64,000 bases of DNA from Mobula hypostoma (lineage: Eukaryota): the NCBI RefSeq assembly GCF_963921235.1, contig NC_086108.1, positions 744,001 to 808,000 on the forward strand, read 5' to 3'. Made by a program: the position numbers and the translations under genes. Below, piece by piece: positions 49,687 through 63,590 of this stretch. Numbering within the stretch: position 1 is the first letter of the stretch; each line of letters starts with the position of its first letter. The notes beneath the pieces are model-generated. The model was given only the letters and a program-made list of their open reading frames with translations, made no database searches and was not told the DNA's origin.

Positions 49687-50724
49687 AATTAAATATAAAT
49701 ATAAATAAAAATAAAAATAATAAATAAATAGTAATAAATAACAAGAACATGAGATTATAAGATGAAAAGTTCTTAAAATAAGATCATTGGTTGTGGGAAC
49801 ATCTCAATGGAAGGGGCAAATGTAGTTATTCCCTCTTGTTGAAAAGTGAGATGGTTGAGGGGTGGTAACTGTTCTTGAACCTGCTGCTGCGAGTCATGAG
49901 GCCCTTGGCAGCAGTGAGCCGAGAGCCTGACCTATGTGGTGGGGATCTCTTGACAAGGCTTTGTTTCATTGGCCAACTGTAGATCATGGAGTTTATCCAG
50001 AATGTGATAGAGCCTTTACTTCTCAATGATAACTTTGTCATTGGCCAGATTCTATCCTGCAGAACTCACCAGTCAGTCTCTGGTTAACATTTTCTCTTTT
50101 GAGATCCAGCTTTTTGTAACATTCATTGCCAAAAGTTCAAAGTAAATTTATTATTGAAGTACATACTGCATATGTCACATATGCAACCCTGCGATCCATT
50201 TTCTTGCAGGCAATTTCAATAAATCCATAACAGCATGGTACCGTGGTGGTTAGCTCGATGCTTTGCAGACCTGGCGACCTGCTGCCTGTTAGAAGTTTGT
50301 ATGTTCTCCCCATGACTGTGTGCTTCCTCAGTGTTCTCCGGTGTCAAAAGGCATACCAGTTGTTGGGTTAATTGGTTATTATAAATTGTCCCGTAGTTAG
50401 GCTAGGATTAAATCAGTGGTTGCTGGGCAGCACGGCTTGAGGAGCCGGAAGGGCCATTCCACGCTGTTTTTCAGAAAAAAAGAATAATAACCATTATAGA
50501 ATCAATGAAAGACTGCACCAACTAGGATGTTCTACCAGTGTGTAAATACAAAAAGAAAGAAAGAATAATAATAAATAAATGAGCACTAAATATCGCAAAC
50601 AATGGCTGGGGAGTTCTTGAAAGTGAGTGCCTAGGTCATGGGAAAATTTCAATGATGGGGCATGCGAAGTTGAGTGAAGTTATTGCCTTTGGTTCAGGAT
50701 TCATTGTCAATGGAACTAATTCCC

Positions 50725-51097
50725 AGAATTGTTTATCTGGCAGGGTGGAGATGTGTCTCTACGAAAGGAGTTGAAAGGCACTCCTTCCCTCTGCTAACCT
50801 GCGGGTCACCCTTGGGTAAGGTGCAGATCAGGGTCATATGAAGCCACACGAGCAGGTGGTGGATGGTCATATGAACAGCTGGTGCATATCACAATCCTGG
50901 TTATGCAACCGCTGATGCCAGGCCAGGCAGACAATCTCTGAAGAGTATTGATAATGGCTGGGGTCACCCATCTTGTAAAGACACTGCCCAGAAAAAAGCA
51001 ATGGCAAACCACTTCTGTAGAAAGATTTGCCAAGAACAATCATAGTCTAGACCATGATTACCTACGTCACGCAACACCGCACATAATGAATGAATGC
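50725..51097 (+). mobile_element. RTE-related SINE/non-autonomous element
   Basis: aatggcaaaccacttc (BovA/RTE-like motif) and (aatg)n tail. Confidence 0.5.
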
Positions 51098-51322
51098 TTA
51101 CCTGGCATCATTCTGGGGCTGCCTTTGTGCAAAGGACCATGTAGGTACAAGAACGTGAAGTATTGTGCGAAAGTGTGGTGTTCATGCTGTATGACTTTAT
51201 GACCAAGGTGGTTTACTACCTTGTTTTCAAGGGCAGTGAGGATGGGCGGTAGTGCTAGCCTTGCCACTAACGTGCTGATGCTGGGGAGCAAACAAATATA
51301 ATGCCATGGTCTTTTCTCCCAG

Positions 51323-51489
51323 GTGCCGTGGCTGTGGCGGAGTTCATTGCTGACAGCCCCCGTCTCCTCCGGCTGGATCTACGAGAGAATGAGATCAAGA
51401 CTGGTGGGCTCATGGCTCTCTCGCTAGCTCTCAAGGTCAACCATTCACTGCTGAGGCTTGACCTGGACCGGGAACCCAAGAAAGAAACG
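51323..51489 (+). CDS. PPP1R37: PPP1R37 coding exon G: (G)AVAVAEFIADSPRLLRLDLRENEIKTGGLMALSLALKVNHSLLRLDLDREPKKET
   Basis: cttttctcccag| acceptor, gttagt donor. 167 bp, phase 1 to 0. Follows a 22.7 kb intron. Confidence 0.95.
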
Positions 51490-51867
51490 GTTAGTGTTTT
51501 TACAAATCAAATACTCAATCTCTTAAATCTCACATTCCTTTCCAGAATCCCAGATTTGGAACTTACTGTTCTACATTCTCTTCCTACATTTCACAAAGAT
51601 CTTAAATGTAAATGTAAATGAGCCATCAATTCCTGCTTCATTCCTGATTTCAGTTACATTGCCATGGGATGGTGGTGGGTGGAAGCAAGACAGAAAGTAC
51701 ACTCAGTGACTACTTTAGGTATTGCATGCTCCTGGTCTCCTGCTACAGGAACCCATCCACTTCAGGGTTTGACATGTTGTGTTCAGAGGTTCAGAGATGC
51801 TCACCTGCACACCACTGTTGTACATATGGTTATTTGAGTTATGTCACCTTCCTGTCAGCTTGGATTG

Positions 51868-54800
51868 ATGATGAGGCTGCCCTCATCGTCGCTGGTGACT
51901 TTAATAAAGCATCACTCCGTCAAGTCCAATCAAGTCTGTCCGAAGTTTTATCAATACATCCAGGTGAGCACAGGGGGAGATAAACATACTCGACCAGTGC
52001 TACTCGCCCTTCTGCAATGCTTATAAAGCACTCCTCCGCCCGCCATTTGGAAAATCGGATCCCTGCTCCATCTTGCTTATACCGATTTACAGGCAGAAGG
52101 TGAAACACAACCGTCCGCTGTTGGTCCGACCAGTCGGTCTCCATGGTACATTACTGCTTTGATTACATCAGCTGGAATGTCCTTCATGATGAGGATGTCT
52201 CCAGGTTCATGGAAGGGGTCACGAGCTTCATCCGGAAGGGCATCGAGGATATTGTCCCCCAAGAGTCGGTCAGGGTCTATCCAAGCCAGAAACCGTGGAT
52301 CAACAGTTCCATGCAAGCAGCACTAACTGCGTGAGACAGAGCTTGCATTGCTGGTAATCAGCAGGAACTCAAGAAATACAGCTACAATCCGCGCAAAGTC
52401 ATCAAGGCAGCAAAATGACAATACACGAACAAGAACCAGACACAACTCTTCACCAACAACAAATGCAGCTTATAGCAAGGTCTGCACACCATTGCAGCCT
52501 TCAAAGCTTAAATGCAGCGGTGTTTCCAACATTGCTGCCTCTCTCCCAGATGAGCTAAATCTTTTTTACACTTGTTTTAACATCACCAACATTGAGCCCC
52601 CAAGGAGAGCCGCCAAAACTACCTGCACCTTGGTCATCTCTGAAGCTGAAGTACGCAAGTGTTTCCAACGAGTGGACAGTTGTAAGGCTGCAAGACTGGA
52701 TGGCATCCCAGGGCGGGCACACAGGATGTGCTCTGCACAACTGGCAGACATTTTTAATCTCTCCCTCTCCCAGTATAGAGTGCCCTCCTGCTTCAAAGCA
52801 TCCACTATTGTCCCTGTACCTAAAAAGACCATGTCTGAACGACTGGCGTCCTGTTGCACTCACCTCAATAATAAACAAGTGCTCTGAAGGGCTGGTCATG
52901 CAGCCTGCTACCACCCACACTGGACCCCCTACAGTTCGCCTACTGACACAACTGATCGACAGTTGATGCATTAGTAGCCACAGCTCTACATTACTGTCCT
53001 TACACATCTGGAGAAGGATGCTTATGTGAGAATGCTGTTTTTGGACTACAGTTCAGCATTCAACACCATAACTCCAGGCTTGACAAGAAACTCAGAGACT
53101 TGTTCTACACCCTGCCCTTGTGTAGCTGGTTCCTGGACTTCCTGTGGGCTCCCTCACCTCTGTCCCTCTGACCCTCAACACAGGGCTATGTACTAAGCCC
53201 CCCTCCTTTACTCTCTGTATACCCATGACTGTGTCACCACCCACAGCTCCAATCAGCTAATTAAATTTGCTGATGATACTACATTGATTGGCCTAATCTC
53301 AAATAATAATGAGGCAGCCTACAGAGAAGATATCATCACCCTGACACAGTGGTGTCGAGAATACAACCTCTCCCTCAATGTCACAAAAACAAAGGAGCTG
53401 GTTGTGGACTACAGGAGCAATGGAGACATCAATAGACATCAATGGATCTGGGTTGAGAGGGTGGACAGCTTTAAGTTCCTCAGCACACACATCACCGAGG
53501 ACCTCACGTGGTCTGTACATACCGGCTGTGTGGTGAAAAAGGCACAACAGTGTCTCTTTCACCTCAGATGGTTGAAGAAGTTTGGTATGAGCCCCCAAAT
53601 CCTAAGAACTTTCTATAGGGGTACAATTGTGAGTATCCTGACTGGCTGCATCACTGCCTGTATGGGAACTGTACTTCCCTCAATCGCAGGTCTCTGCAGA
53701 AAGTGATGCGGACAGCCCAGCACATCTGAAGGTGTGAACTTCAGCCTATTCAGGACATTTACAAAGACAGGTGTGTAAAAAGGGCCTGATGGATCATTTG
53801 GACCTGAGTCATCCCAACCACACACTAGTTCCAGCTGCTACCAACCGGGAAACGATACCGCAGCATAGAAGCCAGGACCAACAGACTCTGGGACAGCTTC
53901 TTCCACCAGGCCATCAGACTGATTAATTCATGCTGATACAATTGTATCTTTATGCTATATTGACTGTTCTGTTTACATACTCATCATCATCATCATCATC
54001 ATGTGCCATACTCTGCCAGAGCCTCGGTGACCACTTTCTTCTGCGATCTGTCGGCAGTCAAACCTCTTGTGTCTCTGGCAGTGAGGCTGGTCCACTTCTT
54101 GATGTTGTTGATCCAGGTTGTCCTCTGTCTGCCTCAGGAGGGGGTTCCTTCTACTCTGCCTTCAAGCACAGGTGCGTTCCAGTGTGTCATCAGTTCTTGA
54201 GATGTGTCCAAAATAGCGAAGTTTCCTCTGGATAATGGTTTCCAGAAGTATTGGTTTTGTTCCATTCTTTTCTAGATGAAATTGTTGGATCTCCTTTCAA
54301 TGTATGATACCCTGAGGATCCGTCTGTATGTCCACAGATCAAATGCTGTCAACTTCTTTTCATCAGCTGCTTCGAGGGTCCATGTTTCACAGCCATATAG
54401 GGTTACTGGCCAGACGAGATTCTTGAGGAGGCGTATCTTGGTGTCAGTGCTCACAGATCTATCTTTCCAGATGTTCCAGAGTTTGGTAGTGCTTGTGCGT
54501 GCCATTGCTAGCCTTCACCTTATTTCCTTGCTGCATTCGTTTGTGTCATTTAGTCCTGCACCAAGGTATAAAGGAGGACACTTCTTCGATCTTGTCGTTT
54601 CCGATGTAGATGTCAGCTTGAATTGCAGTTTTACTTATCACCATAACTTTGGTCTTTTTGCCATTTATCAGCAATCCAAATTCAGCAGAGACTTTTGCAA
54701 CATTATTGAGTAGCGCTTGTAGGTCTTCTGTTGTGGCTAGCAGGGCTGTGTCATCTGCGTATCTCAAGTTACTGGTGGTTCTTCCTCCTGTTTTAATGCC

Positions 54801-56293
54801 CGTGTTGTCTGGAATTGCCAGTCTCATGATCATCTCAGTGTAATGTTAAAAAGGTGTGGAGAAAGGACGCAGCCTTGGCGGACTCCTTTCCCGTTGCAGA
54901 ACGATTCAGTCTCGCCAGATGTGGTCCGAAGGCTGGAGGATTGCATAGCATACAGTGTTTCTAGAAGAGACACTAGGCGTGGTGCCATGCCCAGTTGAAT
55001 CATTGTTGTCCACAGTTTGGTGTATTGGACACGGTCAGATGCCTTTGAGTAGTCTATGAAGCAAATGTACAGGGGGGTATTGACCTCTCTCATTTTCTCC
55101 ATTATTAGGCACATGTTGAAGAGCTGGTCCCTGGTACCTCGGCCACTCCTGAAGCCAGCCTGTTCGAGTGCAATTTCTCTATCTACATAGTTCTTTAGTC
55201 TCTCAGAGATGATTATGAGTAGAACCTTGCTGGCGTGTGTTATCAATACAATTGTTCTGTAATTACTGCACTGCAGGAGGTCCCCTTTCTTGGGAATAGG
55301 AATGTAGACAGATTTTCACCAGTCTGTTGGCCATTTGCCAGTTTTCCAAATGGCACAGACAATGCGGTGCAAGATGTGGGCCACTGAGGTGCCTGTTGCT
55401 TTCAGTAGTTCCGCAGGTATGTTGTCTGGACCAGATGCTGTATTCTTTTTAATCATCTTGATTGTTCTTTCTGCTTCTGACAGTAGTGGCTATGGTTCAT
55501 GTCCTAGTGTTATCCAGTCAATGGCTTTGTCACGGTCTTCATTCTCGTGATTTTCGTAGAGTTTCTTCGTGTACTCGAGCGGCCTTTCCCTCACATCTGC
55601 ATCTTCTGTCAGTATTTTTCCTCCGTCATTTTTGATTGCACCAATTCGTAGTGTGAAGGTGCCGGTAAGTTCTTTTACTGCAGCATAACTATCTTGCTGT
55701 TGTGCTGTTGCCTTGGTTAGCCTCATTTTCCATGTTGGAGCAGATGCATTGTAGGTATGCCTCTTTGTGAAGCCTGCAGTGTCACTGGACTTCACACTTC
55801 AGCTCCTTGTATTCCTTACTTGTTCCTTTCTGACCTTTCACCAATCTCTTCTTTTCTACTGCATGCAGCGTTTTATTTGTGATCCATTCTGTGCTTTTAT
55901 GCTTGCGTCGTTTTGGAATGTGTTTCTCTGCTGCTGTTGTCAATGCACCTCTTGTTGCGTTCCAAAGTTCTTCTGGTTCGACCTCTTGTAAGTTCAGCAG
56001 GGCTTCAAAACCATAGCAAACCTCTAAGCTGAAAGAGTTTGGTATGTCTGAGAGATCATATCTGACTGGTGGTTTTGCTTGTTTAACGTTCTTAAACCTG
56101 AGCTTCATCTTGGCCAACAGCAGTATCACAGTCAGCTCCCAGATGTGTCCTGCGTTTCAGAATATTTGATCTCCATCTTTTGTACATACTATTTACAACA
56201 AATTACTATAAGTTGCACATTTAGATGGCGATAACGTAAAGATTTTTACTCATGTATGTGCAGGATGTAAATAATAAAGTCAATTCAATTCAA
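51868..56293 (+). mobile_element. Rex1/Babar LINE, 5'-truncated and degenerate
   Basis: [29 protein letters not shown] motifs. (caatt)n tail. TSD tggattg (51861-51867, 56294-56300). Confidence 0.87.
53982..56182 (-). mobile_element. RTE-clade LINE, 5'-truncated
   Basis: [44 protein letters not shown] motifs. (ATG)n tail. TSD tacatact (53974-53981, 56183-56190). Confidence 0.9.
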
Positions 56294-57709
56294 TGGATTG
56301 GCCTGGTTATTCTCCTCTGACTTTGTTTTTGCCCACATAACTGCTGTTCATTGTTTTTTTGTTTTTTGCACCATTTGCTGTAAACTCCAGAGACTGTTGT
56401 GCATGAAAATCCCAGGAGATCAACAGTTTTAGAGACACTCAAGCCACCCCTTCTGGTACCAACAATCAATGGTCAAAGTCACCTAGATCACATTTCTTCC
56501 CCATTCTTATGTTTGGTCTGAACAACAACTGAGCTTCTATGTGCATTGAGTTGCTGCCACATGATTGGCTGATTAAATATTAAATATATGCATTAATGAG
56601 CATATATACACGTGTACCTAATAAAGCGGCCACTGAGTGTAATCATGACTGCTGGCTACTGAGAGTTGGAGCTGCCATGATAGGCCAGTTGGCCTTTTCC
56701 AGATCTCAGTTTTGCGTGGTTGACTATAGTTTTTTTTTAAAAACCTTTTTCCCTAGATGTCTCTGTTTGAATCACGGGGTGCAGATACAAGAATGCTTTG
56801 TATGGCAACACACATTGAATGTTTGATGGTGTACAGTAGAAAGGGAATTGTAGTTGTTAAAGAAAGCTATTCATGAGTAGAAGATGCATGTGAGCTTTAC
56901 GGGAGAGGGTGTCTATATATGAGATCTTTGGTGGACTGAGTGTGACTTCCCAATAGGGTCGGTCGGCTTGATATTCTACTGGCTTTGTCATCGAGAGACC
57001 TTGGTGAAGATGTGAGACAAGACACGTGGTTGAAGTGAATTGGGGAGCAAGAAGCCATTTGCTGCCTTAAGCCTTCCCTGCCATTCGTTCAGCTCACACT
57101 TCAAAGTTCAATGTAAATTTATCATCAAAGTACACGTACCTCACCACGTACAATCCTCAGGTTCATTTTCTTATGGACAAACTCAATAAATCCATAATAG
57201 AATTATAGCCATAATAGAATCAATGAAAGACCGCAATAACTTGGATGTTCAGAGTGCAAAAGATGAAAAAATTGTGCAAATATGAAAAGGAAGAAATGAT
57301 AATAAATAACTAAGCAATAAATATCTTGAAAGTGAGTCTATTGGTGGTGGGAATATTTCAATGATGGAGCAAGTGAAATTGAGTGATGTTATCCCCTCTG
57401 TTCAAGAGCCTGATGGTTGAGGTGTAATAACTGTTCCTGAACCTGGTGGTGTGTATCCTGAGGCTCCTGTACCTTCTTCCTGATGGCAGCAATGAGAAGA
57501 GAGCATAGTCTGTGTGGTGGGGATCTCTGATGATGGATGCTGCTTTCCTGCTACAGTGTTTCATGTAGATATGTTCAGTGGTGAGGAGGGCTTGGGTACT
57601 TTGGTGCCAATATCCACCCTGGTTCTATAGTCCTTAATACCTTGTCTTACAGAATCTATCAACTTTCCATTTCCAATTACTAATCAACTATCAGAGCATT
57701 TGATTGCTC

Positions 57710-58075
57710 TGGGCCAGAATAAGGGGGGATCTCATTGAAATCTATCGAATGTTGAAAAGTCTGGATAGAATGGCTGTGGAGAGGATGTTTCCTCTAGTGG
57801 GGGAGTGTAAGACCAGAGGGTACAGCCTCAGAATACAAGGACATCCCTCCGGAACAGAGATGAGAAGGAATTTCTTTAGCCAGAGGGTAGTGAATCTGTG
57901 GAATTCATTGCCACAGGTGGCTGTAGAGGCCAAGTTTTTGGGTATACTTAAAGCAGAGCTTGATAGATTCTTGATTAATGCTATGGGGAGGAGGCAGGAC
58001 AATGGGATTGAAAGGGATAATAAATCAGCCATGATGGTATGGCATAACAGACTTGCTGGGCTAAATGGCTTAATT
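57710..58075 (+). mobile_element. CR1 3' fragment
   Basis: RGDLIE...TRG...RNFFSQRVVNLWNSLP peptide. Confidence 0.8.
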
Positions 58076-58769
58076 ACAAGCTGTGCCAGCCTGAGCACAC
58101 TCAAATATTTTATCGTAATATATAGAATATTGAAGAGTGTAGCATAGTCCATGCCCTTTGGCTCACAGTGTTGTGCCAACCCTTCAACCTACTCAGCAAT
58201 CTATCTAACCCTCCCCTCCTACATGGACCAGAATCCTCCATTTTCCTTTCACCCACATGCCTATCTAACAGACTGTTAAATATCCCAAATCTGTCAGTCT
58301 CTCCACCACCCCACAGCAATGTATTTCAGACACGTACCACTCTGTATGTAATAAACCAGCCTCTGGCATCTCCACGAAACCTTCCACGTTAAATGGATGT
58401 CCTCTGATATTGGCCATGGCCATCCTGGGGGAAAAGGCACTCTGTCTGTGCCCCTTGTACGACTTTAGCAGGTTCAATGGTTCAACTTAGTATCAGAAAA
58501 TGTATATAGTATACAACCTGAAATTCTTGTACTTTGCAGAGATCCACGAAACAGAGAAAGAAACCCCCCAAAGAATGAATGACAGAAAACATTGGAGCCC
58601 CAAACTCCCCCCTCCCCAACGCACAAGCAGCAACAAAAGTATCGACCCCCCACCCTCCCACTCCCCGTACTTACCCCGTCATGTAAGCAATATCAAAGTC
58701 CCCAGAGACCATGATCTAAAAACCATCAAAAACTACTGACCATCCCAACACTTTGATGCTTCAGACACG

Positions 58770-58938
58770 CTTCCTTTCCCCCTCCCTCTCTCTCTCCCTC
58801 CCTCTCTCTCTCCCTCCCTCCCTCTCTCCCTCCCTCCCTCTCTCCCTCTCTCCCTCCCTCCCTCCCTCTCTCTCTCCCTCCCTCCCTCCCTCTCTCTCTC
58901 CCTCTCCCTCTCTCCCTCCCTCTCCCTCTCTCTCTCTC
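58770..58938. repeat. (CT)n/(CCCT)n polypyrimidine tract inside a non-autonomous repeat (about 58470-59360)
   Basis: About 170 bp of pure C/T. Confidence 0.92.
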
Positions 58939-59956
58939 ACATGAGGGAGAAAGAGATATTGCTGCTGCAACAGTGAGTGGGCAGATCAACAGCTCATTGT
59001 TTCGATGTTACAGTCCGCCGTGTCACTTATCCAAATTCTCTCAATTCGAGGACCTACAGCCTTCCACTCACTATCTCTCGAGTGCAGGGGCCTTCTTTTG
59101 ATAGCTGTGCTTACTGCCGACTATCTCAATGATTCAATCTCCCGCAAAACTTCAATCGGCAAGACCAGTGAGAAATTGGGTGGTCCACAGGGCCGCGCCC
59201 CGAAGGCGCATGACTTCCCGGCTGCTCCAGGAGATACTGCTCAGCGAGTTCCGAGAGTGAGTACCCACTGCCTGTGAAGAACCTTGTTTGAGTGCAGCTG
59301 TACATCACGGATTCCGACAGGATCCTAGCCACCTTGAAAAAGAAAAGAAAAAGACATGAGAAGAGGGTTTGCCTCTCGTCCTCCTTCACTCCAAAGCAAA
59401 ATGCCCTAGCTCAGTCAACCTTTCCTCATAAGATATGCTCTGTAATCTAGGCAGCACCTGGTAAGCCAGAGACTTTTCTTACCAGGGCAGAAATGGCTAA
59501 TACAAGGAGGGGAGGGGCATAATTTTAACATGATTCAAGAAGAGTATCGGGGGATATGTCACAGGTAGGTGCTGAGTGTATGGGTGTATTGTTGCCCTGC
59601 AGTTGCGAGTTCCTGACCAGCTTCACTCGCCTCAGCATTGGATTACAGACTCCAGTTGTGCCTTGCAGCCATCGGGCTCCTGACCAGCTTCACTCACCTT
59701 CGCACTGAACTGGTTCCATGGCAATGGACTCACTTTCAGGGACTCTGCGGTTCATGTTCTGTGTTTGATTTATTTACTCATTTATTGTTTGCACGCATTG
59801 GATATTTGTCTCTCTTTGGTGTGTGTGTGGGGCGGGGGGGGAAGGTTCATGGATTCTCTTGTGTTTCTCTTTGTGGCTGCCTGCATGACGATGAATCTCT
59901 AAGTTGTATATAGTATGCATACTTTGGACGTAGAATGTTTTGCCAGGCATGATGGT

Positions 59957-61967
59957 ATAGAAACATAGAAACATAGAAAATAGGTGCAGGAGTAGGCCAT
60001 TCGGCCCTTCGAGCCTGCACCGCCATTTATTATGATCATGGCTGATCATCCAACTCAGAACCCCGCCCCAGCCTTCCCTCCATACCCCCTGACCCCCGTA
60101 GCCACAAGGGCCATATCTAACTCCCTCTTAAATATAGCCAATGAACTGGCCTCAACTGTTTCCTGTGGCAGAGAATTCCACAGATTCACCACTCTCTGTG
60201 TGAAGAAGTTTTTCCTAATCTCGGTCCTAAAAGGCTTCCCCTCTATCCTCAAACTGTGACCCCTCGTTCTGGACTTCCCCAACATCGGGAACAATCTTCC
60301 TGCATCTAGCCTGTCCAATCCCTTTAGGATCTTATACGTTTCAATCAGATCCCCCCTCAATCTTCTAAATTCCAACGAGTACAAGCCCAGTTCATGCAGT
60401 CTTTCTTCATATGAAAGTCCTGCCATCCCAGGAATCAACCTGGTGAACCTTCTTTGCACTCCCTCTATGGCAAAGATGTCTTTCCTCAGATTAGGGGACC
60501 AAAACTGCACACAATACTCCAGGTGTGGTCTCACCAAGGCCTTGTACAACTGCAGTAGTACCTCCCTGCTCCTGTACTCGAATCCTCTCGCTATAAATGC
60601 CAGCATACCATTCGCCTTTTTCACTGCCTGCTGTACCTGCATGCCCACTTTCAATGACTGGTGTATAATGACACCCAGGTCTCGTTGCACCTCCCCTTTT
60701 CCTAATCAGCCACCATTCAGATAATAATCTGTTTTCCTATTTTTGCCACCAAAGTGGATAACTTCACATTTATCCACATTAAATTGCATCTGCCATGAAT
60801 TTGCCCACTCACCCAACCTATCCAAGTCACCCTGCATCCTCTTAGCATCCTCCTCACTGCTAACACTGCCACCCAGCTTCGTGTCATCCGCAAACTTGGA
60901 GATGCTGCATTTAATTCCCTCATCCAAGTCATTAATATATATTGTAAACAACTGGGGTCCCAGCACTGAGCCTTGCGGTACCTCACTAGTCACCGCCTGC
61001 CATTCTGAAAAGGTCCCGTTTATTCCCACTCTTTGCTTCCTGTCTGCTAACCAATTCTCCACCCACACCAATACCTTACCCCCAATACCGTGTGCTTTAA
61101 GTTTGCACACTAATCTCCTGTGTGGGACCTTGTCAAAAGCCTTTTGAAAATCCAAATATACCACATCCACTGGTTCTCCCCTATCCACTCTACTCGTTAC
61201 ATCCTCAAAAAATTCTATGAGATTCGTCAGACATGATTTTCCTTTCACAAATCCATGCTGACTTTGTCCGGTCATTTCACCGCTTTTCAAATGTGCTGTT
61301 ATCACATCCTTGATAACTGACTCCAGCAGTTTCCCCACCACCGACGTTAGGCTAACCAGTCTATAATTCCCCGGTTTCTCTCTCCCTCCTTTTTTAAAAA
61401 GTGGGGTTACATTAGCCACCCTCCAATCCTCAGGAACTAGTCCAGAATCTAACGAGTTTTGAAAAATTATCACTAATGCATCCACTATTTCTTGGGCTAC
61501 TTCCTTAAGCACTCTAGGATGCAGACCATCTGGCCCTGAGGATTTATCTGCCTTCAATCCCTTCAATTTACCTAACACCACTTCCCTACTAACTTGTATT
61601 TCGCTCAGTTCCTCCATCTCACTGGACCCTCTGTCCCTTACTATTTCTGGAAGATTATTTATGTCCTCCTTAATGAAGACAGAACCAAAGTAATTATTCA
61701 ATTGGTCTGCCATGTCCTTGCTCCCCATAATCAATTCACCTGTTTCTGTCTGCAGGGGACCTACATTTGTCTTTACCAGTCTTTTCCTTTTTACATATCT
61801 ATAAAAGCTTTTACAGTCCGTTTTTATGTTCCCTGCCAGTTTTCTCTCATAATCTTTTTTCCCCTTCCTAATTAAGCCCTTTGTCCTCCTCTGCTGAACT
61901 CTGAATTTCTCCCAGTCCTCAGGTGAGCCACTTTCTCTGGCTAATTTGTATGCTTCTTCTTTGGAAT
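59957..61967 (-). mobile_element. Relatively young 5'-truncated CR1 LINE
   Basis: ORFs 60706..61734 (342 aa RT) and 60055..60690 (211 aa). (tttctatg)n tail. Confidence 0.92.
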
Positions 61968-62349
61968 GTATGTAGGGACGTTTAAGAAATTCTTACACAG
62001 GCACATGGATGATAGAAAACTGGAGGGCTGTGTAGAAGGGAAGGGTTAGATTGATCTTAGAGTCGGTTAAAAGGTTGGCACCACATCATAGGTGGAAGGG
62101 CCTATACTGTGCAGTGTTCTCTATGACCACTGGAGCTCCAAAATAATTTGAAGCACTTTAACCTGAAGCCTCTGAAGCTTGAAACATTCCAAAGTTTAAA
62201 AGTAAATTTGCTATCAAAGTACACGTACGTCGCCGTATACACCTGACATGCATTTTCTTGCAGGCATGCTCAATAAATACATAATAGAATAATAACTATA
62301 ACAGAATCAATGAAAAACAGCAACTTGGGCATTCAACTGGTGTGCAAGA

Positions 62350-63590
62350 GACGATACCATTGCCATCACCTTCCACCTGGCCCTAACCCACCTGGACAAA
62401 AAAGACACGTACGCTCGAATGCTGTTCAGTTCAGCATTCAACACGATCATTCCTCAGAAACTGATTGGAAAGCTAAGCCTACTGGGCCTGAACACCTCCC
62501 TCTGCAACTGGATCCTGAACTTCCTGACTGGGAGACCTCAGTCACTCTGGATTGGAAGCAGCATCTCCAACACCATCACACTGAGCACGGGTGCCCCCCA
62601 GGGCTGTGTGCTCAGTCCACTGCTGTTCACTCTGCTGACCCACAACTGTGCTGCAACACACAGCTCGAACCACATCATCGAGTTCACCGATGACACGACC
62701 GTGGTGGGTCTCATCAGCAAGAACGACGAGTCAGCATACAGAGAGGAGGTGCAGCGGCTAACGGACTGGTGCAGAGCCAACAACCTGTCTCTGAATGTGA
62801 ACAAAACAAAAGAGATGGTTGTTGAATTCAGGAGGACACAGAACAACCACTCTCCACTGAACATCGACGACTCCTCCGTAGAGATCATTTAAGAGCACCA
62901 AATTTCTTGGTGTTCACCTGGCAGAGAATCTCACCCGGTCCCGCAACACTAGCTCTATAGCAAAGAAAGCCTAGCAGCGTCTCTACTTTCTGCAAAGGCT
63001 GAGAAAAGTCCATCTCCCACCCCCCATCCTCACCACATTCTACAGAGGTTGTATTGAGAGCATCCTGAGCAGCTGCATCACGGCCTGGTTCGGAAATTGC
63101 ACCATCTCGGATCGCAAGACCCTGCAGCGGATAGTGAGGTCAGCTGAGAAGATTATCGGGGTCTCTCTTCCCGCCATTACAGACATTTACACCACACGCT
63201 GCATCCGTAAAGCAAACAGCATTATGAAGGACCCCACACACCCCTCATACAAACTCTTTTCCCTCCTGCCATCTGGCAGAAGGCTCAGAAGCATTCTATG
63301 ACCAGACTATGTAACAGTTTCTTCCCCCAAGCCATCAGACTCCTCAATACCCAGAGCCTGGACTGACACCAACCTACTGCTCTCTACTGTGCCTATTGTC
63401 TTGTTTATTATTTATTGTAATGCCTGCACTGTCTTGTGCACTTTATGCAGTCCTGGGTAGGTCTGTAGTCTAGTGTAGTTTTTGTATTGTTTCATGTAGC
63501 ACCATGGTCCTGAAAAAGTCTCATTTTTACTGTGTACTATACCAGCAGTTACAGTCAAAATGACAATAAAAAGTGACGACTTGATTTGAT
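62350..63590 (+). mobile_element. Rex1/Babar LINE 3' half
   Basis: SSAFNTIIP...[13 protein letters not shown]...[11 protein letters not shown]...YREEV peptide, AATAAA and (gactt/gattt) tail. Confidence 0.88.

Larger units (their letters stand above)
51700..56639. mobile_element. Tc1/mariner-like MITE expanded by nested Rex1 and RTE insertions
   Basis: TA|cactcagtgactacttt ... aaagcggccactgagtg|TA: terminal inverted repeats with TA duplication. Confidence 0.78.

Noticed and set aside
58726..58989. RE/G-rich and SLP-rich ORFs
   Set aside because: Translations of the CT microsatellite.
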